A stretch of 64,000 bases of DNA from Eukaryota sp. TZLM1-RC (GCA_040285825.1 JAUPSS010000001.1:1488001-1552000); one strand, 5' to 3'; shown: positions 1-12,515, numbered from the stretch's first letter. Program-made: numbers and translations. The notes: generated from the sequence alone by a model not told the origin.

Positions 1-939
1 CGATCACAACACCAATGAAAAGAATAAAACATGCTGTATTCTTGGTTTGAGGTTTGGTGGTCCGATCAACAGTGTGATTGAGCTTTGTGATAAGTGGTTG
101 CTCCAAATCGACTGAAGGGTGTGTTTGCTTCTGGTGTCAGATGCTACTGTTGACATACAAGTATCTCCTGTGGTTTGCTCATGACTGTTGAAGAAAGTGA
201 AAAAATGTGTTTTTGTTTGAAATTTTTGCAATATGAATATCAATAATAATCAAACAACTCGAGACGTCCCCAATATACAAAACTGCAACATGACAATTGG
301 TTTAGGTCAAAACGCAAAATCCAAAAATTACAAGTTACGTTTTTTGACCCTCACGATGTTTTGTTAATTCTCCTCCCAAACAGAAGTGTTAACCTTGAAG
401 ATTCAATATTGTATTTCTGTTGTAATTTACTCAGTTTGTAGTATAATGAATATTCCCCTTTTGTGCTCAAGTTGAGGGAAATACCATATTCCACGTGAAA
501 AATTACATACTGCAATACACCCTATACACCCTCATGTCCCAAGAACATAGTCATAATCAACAGTAAAGTAGGTTTAGAGACAAATAATACTTTTTGATCA
601 GATGCTCGTTGTTAAAGTTTAATTTGACAATTACATCTTGAAGTCGACGAGTTGCTACAGTGACTTCAATGAGCTAAGTCGACTTTGGAATTTATTTATC
701 ATCAATTTCGCCATCAAAACACTGTAGGTTCTTGTGTTCTAAAAACTGGAAACAAACAATTTCTCCTTGTGATTGAGGAAAATGGTTTTGCCATTTTCGT
801 ACAAAGTATTTCGTCCTGTTGTATTTGGACGACAAAGTGAGTCTAACAATATTGGTGATTACTTTCTTTTAGTGTAGTATTTATTGAGAGTTGGGTGCGT
901 AATTTGAAAAAAATTTTCTGAATCAATGATGGAGAACAG

Positions 940-2850
940 TATTTGGAGTATAAAAATTTACAAAAACCTACACACTTGACAAAATGAAATTATATCTAAT
1001 AGGATGAAATTCATTGAACCCAAATAAATTAAAAACCAAGTCTGTTTGGAAATCATTCAAATTCAGCATTAGCCTCATCGATATCTTTGTAACTTGCTGT
1101 CTAGCTAAAGCTTCTCTAATTCGATTGAAAAACCGAGGTAATCTATTAATAATGGCCAATTAAAATTCGGAGCGCCATAAAAAATATCAAATCTTTTCAT
1201 TGTTATTTCTTGAACCATTTTTGAAAGTCATTCAAAAAAGTTCCTGCTTTTACTGATAGTCTTCCGTTTAAAGAAAAGGGGAAAATGATAAAAACAAGCA
1301 GTTTATTTCTATCAGCATTAGCTTCTTCGATATCTTTGTCATATTTTCTATGTTTTTTTTGCTTTAAATTCCAGAGCACTTACAGGATTAAGTTTTCTTC
1401 TGTGAACCAAAGTATCGTTTGCAACATTACAGGAGACAGAGTCAACAACAGCTTCAGAGTTATGAATCCAATCACAGTATACATCACCTCTGTCATCAGA
1501 ACCAAAATTATTCAATGATAGTGTTTCCTTCAGCAGGGGCTCTTTGATACACGATATCCTTGCAGTTCGTGCAATATTGAAAACAGTGTCTTTAACAGCA
1601 TCATGAATGAAGAACGATAAGTTATCAATTTAGAGCAATTCAGAGCATGACATAAAGTGAGATGTGGTGAATTCGAACAAATACATTGTTCTTTTGATAA
1701 TAATTGATAAATAGGGATATTCAAGATCGAAGCATGAGTGAAGATCTTGATTTAAAACAGTCGAGCTGCGTATATTATTATAAAGATCAATTTCATACAT
1801 TCCAGTCAATCTTTTCTGTAATGTTCGAAGAGTGTATTTCAAATTTAAAAGATTCTTTTCGGGAATATTACCATTGAATGATTGGGGAAACCATTGACTC
1901 CATTTTTCTACATCAATTTTTGAAATTTCTTCACTTAATGCTAAAACAGTAGAACTTTGCGTTGTCATCAATAAATCTTCCCAAGCTGCAAATCTTTCAG
2001 AAAACTCTACAATTGCATTTCCGCATCCACCAATAAAAGCACACGAGGTAAGAAATGAAGCCTTCGTCCACCCTAAACCACCATAATGTGGACTAAGACA
2101 AGCATGGTCTGGAATTTGGAACATTTTACATCCCAACAATTGTGACAACACTTTTGCACGTAACTCATTAAACTTCTGAGCCAAAGGTCTAGTGACGAGA
2201 GAATTTGTAGATCGAAATATATGATTAAAATTGGAACTAAAACTCAGTCTATTAATGGTAAATTTGAAATGTATCTGTATATCTAAATTCATCATTTGGT
2301 CAATTGTTTCGAAAATAAGTCTAATTTTTCAACCAATTCATTGGTAATTTCATCATGATTTCCTAAAGACGAACCCAAATTAAGAATAGCATCAGTTGAA
2401 TATAATTAGTCTTGAATACGTATTTAAGTAGGTGAAGATGAAGGCCAAAGTTGTTTAATTCTGTACAACGTACAGTTGCTTCTCAGACAATCTTTAAATC
2501 ACCTATAAGAACAACATCCTATGTATATGCAACCATTTTTAGCGAAGGAAACATCTTTTGAATTTGTAATAAAATAGGACGAATGGCCAAACAAAACAAG
2601 AGAGGTCATAAAGGATCTCCTTGCTTTACACCACTTAATGATTTCAAAATGGAATCACCAAAATGCAAATCCGAATTTGTGCAATATAGTGTTTGAAAAT
2701 AGGGCATTATATCTGGCAAATAAAGTAACAAAGCACCGTGAATACTGCACGACTAATTGAATTGAATGCATTGCAGATCTATTGAGTTGTTGTTGATGAA
2801 ACAATGAAAGGAACAGTCTCCATCACATAATGCAACTCCATTTTTTCTAT
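940..2850 (-). mobile_element. Degenerate CRE-like non-LTR retrotransposon, family C (RT-REL fragment)
   Basis: Minus strand reads SGVKQGDPL*PLLFCLAIRP (~2575-2635, RT motif). The REL and C-terminal region (ISCIKEPLLKET...AIINRLPRFFNRIREALARQQ) is near-identical to 45559-46305. Multiple stops and frameshifts. Confidence 0.85.
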
Positions 2851-3015
2851 CTTGACAAAATCAAAAAAAATAGATAACAATAAAAAAATATAGATTAAAA
2901 AAATTTAATAAAATATGCAAAAACTAACACTTCAACAAAAAATCAGAATTTTCAATGAGGTATTGAAACAAATATTTACAATTTCATATCCAAAAAATAA
3001 AAATATCTAAATCAA

Positions 3016-6000
3016 CTACAGCGTCGCGCTCCAACCAATGTACAATTCACACAAATTATCACTACTCATTGCTTCTCTAAATAACAATTCTACTTGTGAC
3101 CGTACATCTAACTGCTGTTCTGGATCAAAATCAGAACCATTCAGTTTTGCATTAACCCTTTCTACCGCATTCACGGCAGTCTGATTTGGCAAAACTTTGG
3201 CTACTGCTGGTACATCACCAACTTCATTCTTTTCGTTAAAATGAGATTTCCAAGTAACTAGGGGATCATGAACAAAGGCTTCAAGCATTGCCATAAGAGA
3301 GTCTCTGTTGTCCCGAAGTAGAGATAATGTGTTTTCACAAGTGATTCTGAAACTACCCTCAATACCAGTAATTTCAAGTGCTTTAACCATCATTCTGGTC
3401 AATCTAAACGGCACAGTTTCGGGAAATTGTTCACGATGCATTGCCGCTTCAAAACAGTCGCCATGATCAATGTGGAAAACCTTACCACTCAGTCTGTGGA
3501 CCATCATATTTGACGGATGACGATCACCAAGACCTAAAAGGTACCCAACCATTGAAATGACAGCAAGAGAACGTGTAAAAAGAGCACGATGCTCAACCCA
3601 AGCTTCAGCAGAACGTGACTTCAACCAGAATAGTTTAGCAAATACTTCATCTGGAGTCGTATTCAAAACTTTTTCAAAAATAGCACGTTTATGCATATGA
3701 CGTAGAAAAGCGTATTGGTTATTAGACAATTTCGTTATAATCTCCGTATCATCAGTTCGTTCACCACTGTGAGACTCACGAAAAGACTTGTATAATTGCC
3801 TCAATGTATCTGATTTAGGTACCCACCCAAAGAGACCAGACTTGGGTGAGAGTGGAATGACATTGTAACGTTCAATGGACAGGTCATGACGAACTGACAT
3901 ATTTTTCGATTTTTCAATGGCTGGACCATACTTCGCTTGAAACATTAATGAATTAATCAGCCCATAAAGCTGCATGACCCTCTCATCTTGTCTTAAATCT
4001 TCTCTTCCTTTAAGCAAATACAAATACTTATTACCATCACTACCTGTAATGGTAAGCTTTCTCGGCCGTTGCTTTGAGCTGAAAACAGACAGACGATGGT
4101 GAAATGAAGAAATTGTTACACTTTTTTTGCCGGGTGAGTACCCTCCTGGTATCGGCAATGAAAGATCTTTACATGTAAGCAAAACTGGACAAGCATAGTC
4201 TAGTTCAACAAAAACATATGATTTGATCCTTTCATTTAATTTCTGCTGAACCGAGTCAAAATACCTCATTGATTCATTCAACAGCTGTTGGTTGACATGG
4301 CCTGCCCATACAGATGTCATAAAGCTATCATAGCAGCGCCAACCCGAAACCAAGTCTGGTTTGTGTGCAGCATTAAACATTACTTCGTGGGGGACATTGG
4401 ATTCTTTTTGCAGATCAACCATTAGTGGACGAAGATAGGAATGAATTTCCTCGAATTTTTGTTGGTGAAAAAGGCCAGCAATGTGATTCAATGCTGAAAT
4501 CCAGTGTTCTATTCGTAAAACTGATAACTTAATGAGCGAGCTTGCCACAAGTTTAGCTTGAGTTACCAACTCTTTATGCTTGTCTTCCTGTTCCATTTGT
4601 TTTAATAAATTGATGGCAGCATTGGATTCAGATGTATTGGAGGCAACAGTGAGTGGATAGATCAAGGCTTCTGGATGTAGTCTAGATATGTAGGCCAAAA
4701 TTTCACTAAGAACCGAGTTCACCTGATGTCTTGTGGTTTCATTGGTAGTAGTTGATGACAATCTGGCAATCAACTGTGGTAAAACAAGCAACCAGACTTG
4801 AGAGGAGATAATTGGAAGAAAAGAATTGACCATGGTTTGCACACTTCTTAAATATTCGGAGACATCACCCTCCATTTCAGCAACAATAAACCAAACTTGT
4901 AAGAAACGAAGAGCATCTTGTAACGAATGGCGGGTGTTATCGTCACCTTTGCATGCCATTGAGGTTAAGAATGCCCTTACTGCTGTATCTAAAAGACGCA
5001 AATCAGAATATCTTTTGACAGCTCTTCCCGCCAGCATTCCAACTACATGCCATGCGTGTTGCCACGTGGCATCTAGTGATGTAGCTTGAAGAGCAGTTTC
5101 TACTGCATGGTTACGGTACGAAAGGTCCTTATCTCCATGAACGAGATGTGTCCATTCTGATGACTTTACTAATGCCCGTGACTGAAGCTTGAAGGAGAGG
5201 GAGGTGCTCCTGGATGATAAAAAGTGTTCTAATTGAGACAGAGATTCTTCACATTCTCCCTTTGCAAACAATAATTTTAATTTACTGAAATAAGTGGAAT
5301 CTTTTACTACTTGTACATGAGCCAAATAGCTAAGAGAGAGAGCATCAGTTGCTAATTCATTATTTAATAAATACTCGAGTTTTCTGCAGCTGTTTTCCAA
5401 CTTCAGCAAGAATTTTTCCGCCAAAAGATGTTTATGGCGCCCAACGCATAATGATACAAATTTAAGAATCAAATGGTAATGATCAACAGGCTCTAGTACA
5501 GTTCCATGTAAAATGAGGTGGGATAACCAAGTATCTGGGTCGGGACGTGTTCCCAAGACCCTATTACTCCACAATTGAGTAAGCCTAGACAATTGCTTTC
5601 CAAAAGGACTAAATGAAGAAATTAATTGAGGTGATTTGTCTAGCTTGTTAAAGAAAACAGTAGGTATTTCCTTATTGCGTGGTCTTGAAGTAATAAAGTC
5701 CTCGGCATTAGTACGCTTTAACAACTGCAAAACTTCCTCAACTTCAGTAAATTGCTGGGCAAGTGTAAAATAGGGATACATTCTGTCGCTAGAATCGGTG
5801 GAAATCGTGCGCAACGCAGAGTCAAGCTGGGTGCGACCAGTGTTGATCAAATTTTCGACAGCTGGGTAATCTTTATGAATAAGGCTCACTGTAGATTTCC
5901 AAATCAAATTTTGGGTATGTTCAGTAGGGATCATTTCAGAATAAATTTTTAAATTTTTAGTCTGATCAAGACTCAGAGCCGCTTGTAACGCCAATGAAGC

Positions 6001-9000
6001 CAATTCAGCCCGATCGATCGGAGTTCTAATTACTTCAGAATTGTCCCATAAACTAGTGGCAAAATCGCTTAGTTTATCCCAATCACCAAGTCCTTGTAAA
6101 CAACGTAACCTACCCAACTCCAAATCAGCAAGTTTTTTCAACTCAACTAACGAATTTTCATTAATATTAGGAGATAATTCATCAATTAAAGCAGTATATT
6201 CGCTCACTGCTTTAGAAAACTTACCTTGCATTTCAAGAGATAAACAACTACCTTCAAGCAAAGAGACAAAGTCGAATTGGTTGATTTTGCAATACATTAT
6301 TACCCCCTCCACTGCTTCTGATTTGCCTAAATCTGTCAAAATAAAGATTAATTCCTGAGCTGTTTCTAGTGTTGGATTGGTCAAAAAACGAGATTCCAAA
6401 AATTTCAAAGCTTTTGTTGGAACATTCAACCTAATTGATAGATCTTTGATTAACTCTGGAGGGATATTTACAATTTCTTCTTCAAACTCCATATACTCAA
6501 ATAACCTTAAACACGATAACAAAACAAAACTACTACTACTGGGTGAATTAATGAAAAACTTTAAAAAATCAACAACACGACCTCGACTCTTTTCATCTAA
6601 ATGTTTCCATTGTGTTGCAAAAGCTGGCTGGAAAAGTTCGTGAACTAACCGTGGACAAACATGAATCAAGCCAATGCAACCCAGCAAAACACCATTTGGA
6701 TTGCCTTCTAGAAAAGTACGACAAAAGACAGTCCAAGCGTAGGAGTTTTGGGATTCTGACAGTAATTTTGAAGAGATACAATTTTCAATGTTGCGGAAAT
6801 CTGGCAATGGCCGGTTATGATCACTCAGGGCTAAGCCCATTGAAGTAAGTTCTGGCTGGGGGGTTTTTACCTCATCGATGGAGGTCAGTTGATTAGTCAA
6901 GATTGCCTTGATTGTCTTTGTTAAAATAGCTTTATTATTAGATGCTGGAAGATTGGAAATATACAATTTAGCCATTGAAACGTACGGAATGAATAATTCT
7001 GTAATACGATAGGCGCAACAAGCCAACGTAAATAAAGCAATGTCTTTTGTATAATTAGAGGTTAGAGGTGATGAAATCGTCCTAAACAATGAATGAATAA
7101 TTCTTATAGCAAAAGGGGAAATATTCAAACACGAACAAAACCTACCAAGTGTTTCCAGAGCCTGGTTTTTGATTAGAATTGGTACATTAGAATTGGGTTC
7201 GTATAACAATGCCAAAGCAGAGAAAATTTCACAACATAATTCAAACTGGCGATGTGCGATAATGGCTAAGGTTTTCAGTACGTGGGACACTGCATCAACA
7301 TATAAGGGGGAAGGGTCTGATGTAGAAACTTCTTTAAAGAATGAAATCCATTTGATTATAATTGGAGCAAAATGAAATTGTAAATCATCAGCAAGGAATT
7401 GGGACAAAGTTTCTATTAATAAACTTATTTTGGCAAATAATACCACTTTCCAGCATTTCGTGATTAATTCGAGTAACTTTCCTATATATGGCCTAATATG
7501 TTCCTTAACAACAGCAACGAGGTTTATCGTGCAATTCAACAATAAATGTAGCAACTCGGTATCATTAGGCGGAATAATTTCCAGAGCACTGAAAATAGGA
7601 TCAAAGAACCACGGAAGAAAGTGCACCGAATTACCTTGGTGATACCTCCAAATATTGGTCAGCGATAAAAAACACTGTTTGAAAAATGAGAGATTTGATG
7701 AGTCTAACAACAATGAAAGAACGTGGTACATTACAAATCCAGTAATAGAAATATCTTTGTTATTAGTGAAAATTGCATATTGATCACCTTCAAGACCATC
7801 TACTGCTTGTTTTAGCATTTCCAAGGTTACTGTAGCACCTTCAATTGGAATGGGTGGGTTGTCGAAAGATAATAGGACCGAGACATCCGATTCGGTGCTA
7901 TTTGATTGATGAAGGTCTAAATGGCGAATTAAATATGGATCAACCGCACCCATCGCACCCAGCGCACGATAACATTCTAGTCTGGCCTCTTTATTTGGTT
8001 CACTTGTTAATGTTGTTTCAAAGAAATCTAATAAATTAGGAAAAGCAAAATATGGCTCAATCACTAACACTGATGACTGAGCCACACAAGTAATTAATCT
8101 CAATGCGGATTTTTTTAAATCAGGTCTTTGTGCAGTCATTGCTATAACCACAGCAATCTTTAATAACGACTTATGATGCCCATGGCTAGGCTTAGTGTTA
8201 GGGTTAGGTTTAGGGTTAGGATTTGATTCCCAGATGATAGGATCTGCGCATAGTACAATTTCACACAGAGTTTCCACCATATCGACAGTTGGGACAGAAG
8301 ATGTGATTTTGTTAAACTTGCTGTCTTTTAACCAAGGATATATTTCGTTGAAATTTAATTCAGACTCGGGCGATAAAATTGAATGAAATTGATTAATAAA
8401 GACTCTGATAAGCATCGAAACATGTTGCTTGATGAAGGGAGCAGCACATTTAACAAATGTTCCCAACAATGCTGGGATAGAATCACCCACATTCTTAGGG
8501 TTAGGGTTAGTTAGGGTTGTGGAAAATGGATCACTGAATTCATAACGAAATATCAAGTGTTCAAGCAAGGAAATTAGATAAGAGCCAGCAATGCTTGGAC
8601 TTATCTTAGCAATTTTAGAAACAAAACAGATTGCTTCTTTTCTAATCTCAGTATCTTCGTCATACAATGCCTGCACCAATACTAAAATTAAATCATCCTG
8701 TACAAACCAAGGTTCAATAATACGTGTATTATTGAGCTGTTGAAGGATCATTAATCTGATATGATTGTCTGGTTCAGATACAGCAAATGAAATTAAAGCA
8801 ATCAAAATATTATGAATTTTGAGCGAGTTTTCTGACCCACTCACTGATTGACAATGCTCTAAATTGTAACTCAGTTGGTGTAGGGCTGCGAGCGAAGCTT
8901 GGAATCTAATTCTACAATCTTGATTGGACAAGAAATTAATTATATAATTAAGAATGAAATCGAAAACTGGTAATGAAGGGGTTCCAAAACAAGACAAAAT

Positions 9001-10341
9001 TTTCAAAGTTTTAAATACATCAGAATTTGATTGATTATTTGATCGGCTGTTTTTCAATGATTGAGCAGCTTTTTTTAAGATTGAATCCTGAATAAGAGTC
9101 AAGTCCCCAAGATTATTAACCACAGATTGAACACATTTGATATGCTCATTACCCAACGAAACAGCAAGATTAATGCAATCAAACAAAATAGGGTTAGGGT
9201 TAGGGTTAGATTCGTTTAGGAATAGTTTAACAGTGTCCTGGGGAGAAACTTTAGAAAGAAGTGACAACAATTCAAAACAGTCTAGCAGAGTTGATGAATG
9301 GCTGGTAGCATCATTAAACTTTTTCGTCTTTATTTGCTGTAATTTACTAATAATGTCAGAAAAAATAATATCAAAGTGCTCAGGTTTCAAGGCAGGAGAG
9401 CCAAGTGAAGCTACTAAATTAGAAACAAGTTCCACCAAACTTGATAATAAATGATTGGGATGTTTAGATTTAAGCCATATAATGGTGGGCTCCAGCAAAT
9501 TTTGTGAAAATGACAAGGAATATACGGACGCTAGTAAATTCAAAATTGGCAACAAATGCTCTCTTCTAATCGGATTTTGCAAGTTTTCAAGACAACTCTT
9601 GAGGACATCTATAATTACAGGTAAATGCGTTAAAGTCTTGTAATATTTGAATTCAATAGAAAGTAATAATGCTAGTAATACTCTATATCGCCTAAATTGA
9701 TTTAGAGGTACAGGATTGCAGGCCAAAATTTTAATCAATTCCGAGTAGAAAAAATCATGTTTTGATTGGGGTGTGTGGTCGAGTAGAACTCTAATTCCTA
9801 TAACCAGAGTATTCAGCTCAGTTTCGTTATTGGTTTTAAAGTATATGGAGACTAACTTATCCAAAAGGGAAAGTGATTGTGATTCTGATAGAAGAGAGGG
9901 GAGGTTGTTGCCTATAGCTGAGATAAAGTGAGCTACATTGGTAACATAGTAAGGTGTTGGTACTTCCAACCATTCTGCACAGCGTTCGAGAATCTTGCCA
10001 CATGAACGGACATCAGATACACGGCCGCGTTGGGCGATAAAGACGAAACAGTCAATGATGGTTTGAAGGACGATATGGTCTTTGTGGGGGAGGATACGGT
10101 AGAAGAGCGTGACTGCGGTATTAAAGTGGAGAAAGGAAGTGGGAAGGAGTGCACGGAGAAGACGAGAAAGGACAAGGTGGTTGTGGAGATTTTGGTTGAT
10201 GACTGTAGTAACGTCGTTGACAGTGATTGTATCAGCAGATGAACGAAGTCTGTTACGGAGATCTTCTTCAACTTGTAAGGATGTGGTAGTATCAGCGTTT
10301 TTGAGATCATCTAGTATGTTCTTCCACTCATTTGCAAGCAT
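3016..10341 (-). CDS. TOR: Target of rapamycin (TOR) PIKK kinase, 2441 aa, intronless
   Basis: HEAT-like N-terminus (LGAMGAVDPY), FAT region (WLLVLPQLIAR, HPEALIYPLTVAS), kinase motifs SKQRPRKL, LLKGREDLRQDERVMQL, GLGDRHPSN, ETVPFRLTRM, LEAFVHDPL, and FATC-like end NLCELYIGW. Confidence 0.96.
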   Translation of the reverse strand: MLANEWKNILDDLKNADTTTSLQVEEDLRNRLRSSADTITVNDVTTVINQNLHNHLVLSRLLRALLPTSFLHFNTAVTLFYRILPHKDHIVLQTIIDCFVFIAQRGRVSDVRSCGKILERCAEWLEVPTPYYVTNVAHFISAIGNNLPSLLSESQSLSLLDKLVSIYFKTNNETELNTLVIGIRVLLDHTPQSKHDFFYSELIKILACNPVPLNQFRRYRVLLALLLSIEFKYYKTLTHLPVIIDVLKSCLENLQNPIRREHLLPILNLLASVYSLSFSQNLLEPTIIWLKSKHPNHLLSSLVELVSNLVASLGSPALKPEHFDIIFSDIISKLQQIKTKKFNDATSHSSTLLDCFELLSLLSKVSPQDTVKLFLNESNPNPNPILFDCINLAVSLGNEHIKCVQSVVNNLGDLTLIQDSILKKAAQSLKNSRSNNQSNSDVFKTLKILSCFGTPSLPVFDFILNYIINFLSNQDCRIRFQASLAALHQLSYNLEHCQSVSGSENSLKIHNILIALISFAVSEPDNHIRLMILQQLNNTRIIEPWFVQDDLILVLVQALYDEDTEIRKEAICFVSKIAKISPSIAGSYLISLLEHLIFRYEFSDPFSTTLTNPNPKNVGDSIPALLGTFVKCAAPFIKQHVSMLIRVFINQFHSILSPESELNFNEIYPWLKDSKFNKITSSVPTVDMVETLCEIVLCADPIIWESNPNPKPNPNTKPSHGHHKSLLKIAVVIAMTAQRPDLKKSALRLITCVAQSSVLVIEPYFAFPNLLDFFETTLTSEPNKEARLECYRALGAMGAVDPYLIRHLDLHQSNSTESDVSVLLSFDNPPIPIEGATVTLEMLKQAVDGLEGDQYAIFTNNKDISITGFVMYHVLSLLLDSSNLSFFKQCFLSLTNIWRYHQGNSVHFLPWFFDPIFSALEIIPPNDTELLHLLLNCTINLVAVVKEHIRPYIGKLLELITKCWKVVLFAKISLLIETLSQFLADDLQFHFAPIIIKWISFFKEVSTSDPSPLYVDAVSHVLKTLAIIAHRQFELCCEIFSALALLYEPNSNVPILIKNQALETLGRFCSCLNISPFAIRIIHSLFRTISSPLTSNYTKDIALFTLACCAYRITELFIPYVSMAKLYISNLPASNNKAILTKTIKAILTNQLTSIDEVKTPQPELTSMGLALSDHNRPLPDFRNIENCISSKLLSESQNSYAWTVFCRTFLEGNPNGVLLGCIGLIHVCPRLVHELFQPAFATQWKHLDEKSRGRVVDFLKFFINSPSSSSFVLLSCLRLFEYMEFEEEIVNIPPELIKDLSIRLNVPTKALKFLESRFLTNPTLETAQELIFILTDLGKSEAVEGVIMYCKINQFDFVSLLEGSCLSLEMQGKFSKAVSEYTALIDELSPNINENSLVELKKLADLELGRLRCLQGLGDWDKLSDFATSLWDNSEVIRTPIDRAELASLALQAALSLDQTKNLKIYSEMIPTEHTQNLIWKSTVSLIHKDYPAVENLINTGRTQLDSALRTISTDSSDRMYPYFTLAQQFTEVEEVLQLLKRTNAEDFITSRPRNKEIPTVFFNKLDKSPQLISSFSPFGKQLSRLTQLWSNRVLGTRPDPDTWLSHLILHGTVLEPVDHYHLILKFVSLCVGRHKHLLAEKFLLKLENSCRKLEYLLNNELATDALSLSYLAHVQVVKDSTYFSKLKLLFAKGECEESLSQLEHFLSSRSTSLSFKLQSRALVKSSEWTHLVHGDKDLSYRNHAVETALQATSLDATWQHAWHVVGMLAGRAVKRYSDLRLLDTAVRAFLTSMACKGDDNTRHSLQDALRFLQVWFIVAEMEGDVSEYLRSVQTMVNSFLPIISSQVWLLVLPQLIARLSSTTTNETTRHQVNSVLSEILAYISRLHPEALIYPLTVASNTSESNAAINLLKQMEQEDKHKELVTQAKLVASSLIKLSVLRIEHWISALNHIAGLFHQQKFEEIHSYLRPLMVDLQKESNVPHEVMFNAAHKPDLVSGWRCYDSFMTSVWAGHVNQQLLNESMRYFDSVQQKLNERIKSYVFVELDYACPVLLTCKDLSLPIPGGYSPGKKSVTISSFHHRLSVFSSKQRPRKLTITGSDGNKYLYLLKGREDLRQDERVMQLYGLINSLMFQAKYGPAIEKSKNMSVRHDLSIERYNVIPLSPKSGLFGWVPKSDTLRQLYKSFRESHSGERTDDTEIITKLSNNQYAFLRHMHKRAIFEKVLNTTPDEVFAKLFWLKSRSAEAWVEHRALFTRSLAVISMVGYLLGLGDRHPSNMMVHRLSGKVFHIDHGDCFEAAMHREQFPETVPFRLTRMMVKALEITGIEGSFRITCENTLSLLRDNRDSLMAMLEAFVHDPLVTWKSHFNEKNEVGDVPAVAKVLPNQTAVNAVERVNAKLNGSDFDPEQQLDVRSQVELLFREAMSSDNLCELYIGWSATL
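8198..8221 (+). repeat. Telomere-like (TTAGGG)n tract inside TOR (encodes NPNPKPN on the minus strand)
   Basis: ttaggg ttaggt ttaggg ttagga. Confidence 0.8.
8495..8516 (+). repeat. Telomere-like (TTAGGG)n tract inside TOR (TLTNPNPK)
   Basis: ttaggg ttaggg ttag ttaggg. Confidence 0.8.
9189..9209 (+). repeat. Telomere-like (TTAGGG)n tract inside TOR (SNPNPNP)
   Basis: taggg ttaggg ttaggg ttag. Confidence 0.8.
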
Positions 10342-12515
10342 AAGTGGTGATTCAATGTTGTGAAATTTGATTTTTCTGCATGATGCATTTCAAGCCAATT
10401 TTGTTTGTGCAAATTGAATACGATGGGATTCTATGTACTTGTCCATATGCAGATTATTGATGAGGAACACTTTGTTATACTCAATCTTGGAAAAACACAC
10501 ACACAATTGAGTTCAACAATAGAAATTGTAGGAATTGAGTAATAAACCATCTGGCATCAACTTCTCAACATGCTACACACTGGTGATTGTTTGTGACATT
10601 TTGAGTTGTGTTCTTGAAGCTTTAAAATTATTTTGTTAATTTACTCTATCATCTCTACTAACAGAGAACAGAAACAAATGAACTCAAGCAAATGGCTCGT
10701 TGTGCAACATTTTCCACCAAAGAAAAGTCCAGTCGTCATGAATGCAAATTCACATCTAGTCTTAAATTAACAATCAAAAAAGTGTTTGCCACGTCACCAT
10801 GACGCAGCATCCAAATAAAAATGGACAATGCTATTTTACTCTGATTTTCCTCTTCACATGAGGATGAATTCCGCAAAACTTACATATTCTGTGATCAACG
10901 TTTTGTCAGGGGTCTATCAACGTTCAGTTTGTATCGTACCCGTGTGGTCGCTGTCCGTATCACCACACAGCATGTTTATTCTCGCCACTGATTCCGATCT
11001 GTCCGGTATCTGTATGCGCAATTCATTGAGAGTCGTCTTCGATTGCACGCCGCCGTTTCTATCTTTGCACCATTATACCACGTCATCAATTGGATTTTTA
11101 CTATCAAGCTGGCCTTAAAATTAACTATTCATTCATCACGGCATACTCGTCGTTTGTGTCTTCCACTGTTTGATCCATTGCGTATTTGCCACTTCACACC
11201 TTATCATCACTATGGTGTTCTTATCAGATGACGACAAAGCTATCATTTATCCCAATTCTTCCTGATGTTAACATTTTGAACCATCAATTGCGTAGTGCCC
11301 GCGCCATTATAGCAACCTTAGACATCAGGACTATTCCAATCTTACCATGCTTTGAACTTCTTTCCAGCAATCACCAATGTATGCTCACCTTCATAACTAA
11401 CCCTCCATTTATGAATAAATCCATGGTTCAAGGGTTTATCTCCTCTAAATGGTTGGATCTTAATCATATAGTCATATATAACTTTTGGGCAGAGTTCTTT
11501 ATACTTGCTGCCAGAACGAAAGGAAAAATGTTCACTTCAGTAGTAGCTCTGGGTTTTTCTGCAAGTCAGCTGCAAGCAGTATATACAACTGTTCCCAAAA
11601 CCGTCTGGGCCAGTGTCAAGTTCAATAAGATGGTGTCAAAAAGTTGCCGGTTCTTGAGTCATCGAAATCGCCCAGTTTAGTAGAGATGATTGTTTGGCTT
11701 GAGTTTGATTTTTGATAGGATGTTGATCACAAAATATGTAAGTTTTAATTTAACAACTGTTTTTCTTTGATTTTTTTTGATATCGCCAAATTAGCTGTTG
11801 TTAGCGAAAGGATGGAGAAGGTTTTTTTTGTTTTTTATGTGGAATTGTCTCCATCTCTGTAATTCATTTAGGGATAGAATATATACACCACCACACAGGC
11901 GACAATTTACTCTCTGCACGTTTTCTCTTCGACACGTTATTCATCAGTTGTTAGAAGATGGAGGTCATTTATGGGAGAAGAATGTCGTGTAGTGAGAAAA
12001 CTATCGTCTGTATGGTGGTGTAATTAGGTTGGACCTTTAATTAGAGTTTTTTCTTTTAAAAATGAACTAGGACATCCGAGAAGGTTAAAAATGGAAAAAA
12101 AATGTCTGTTTGGTATAGGAAAACAATAAGCAATTTAATTTGCTTTTGAAAAATTTAAAGATTTTCCCCACATTATATTTGACTTGTGACTTAAATTTGT
12201 CCTCAGAATGGTGATCCGAAAAGTTATTGATCAGATTAATAATTATTTCTTTAGATACATATTTTATTCAAACGAAATTATAAACTAAAAATCAATCTCC
12301 TCATACTCCACATTCACTATTGAATATTTACCTACAGCATTTTCTTCATAAAATTTTCCAAGTGATAACAACGAGCTAGAAACAAGACTATACGTTCCCT
12401 TTAAAATAGAAAATACAATTCTGTTTTGCCAAAAGGTTCGGTCTAATATTCTTCCAGTTCTATTTTTGACAATAGATGAGAAATTGTCCAAAAAAGATAG
12501 CGCAGTTTAACCCAA

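Noticed and set aside
4826-10363. Numerous short antisense or overlapping ORFs within TOR (similar ones occur in the kinase, surface genes and rRNA fragment)
   Set aside because: Shadow ORFs of real genes or of rRNA, with no independent motifs.
10500-11990. Short ORFs upstream of TOR (e.g. 11186-11680) and a KLGDFD-like minus-strand snippet
   Set aside because: No coherent domain and many stops; possibly a decayed pseudogene but not assignable.
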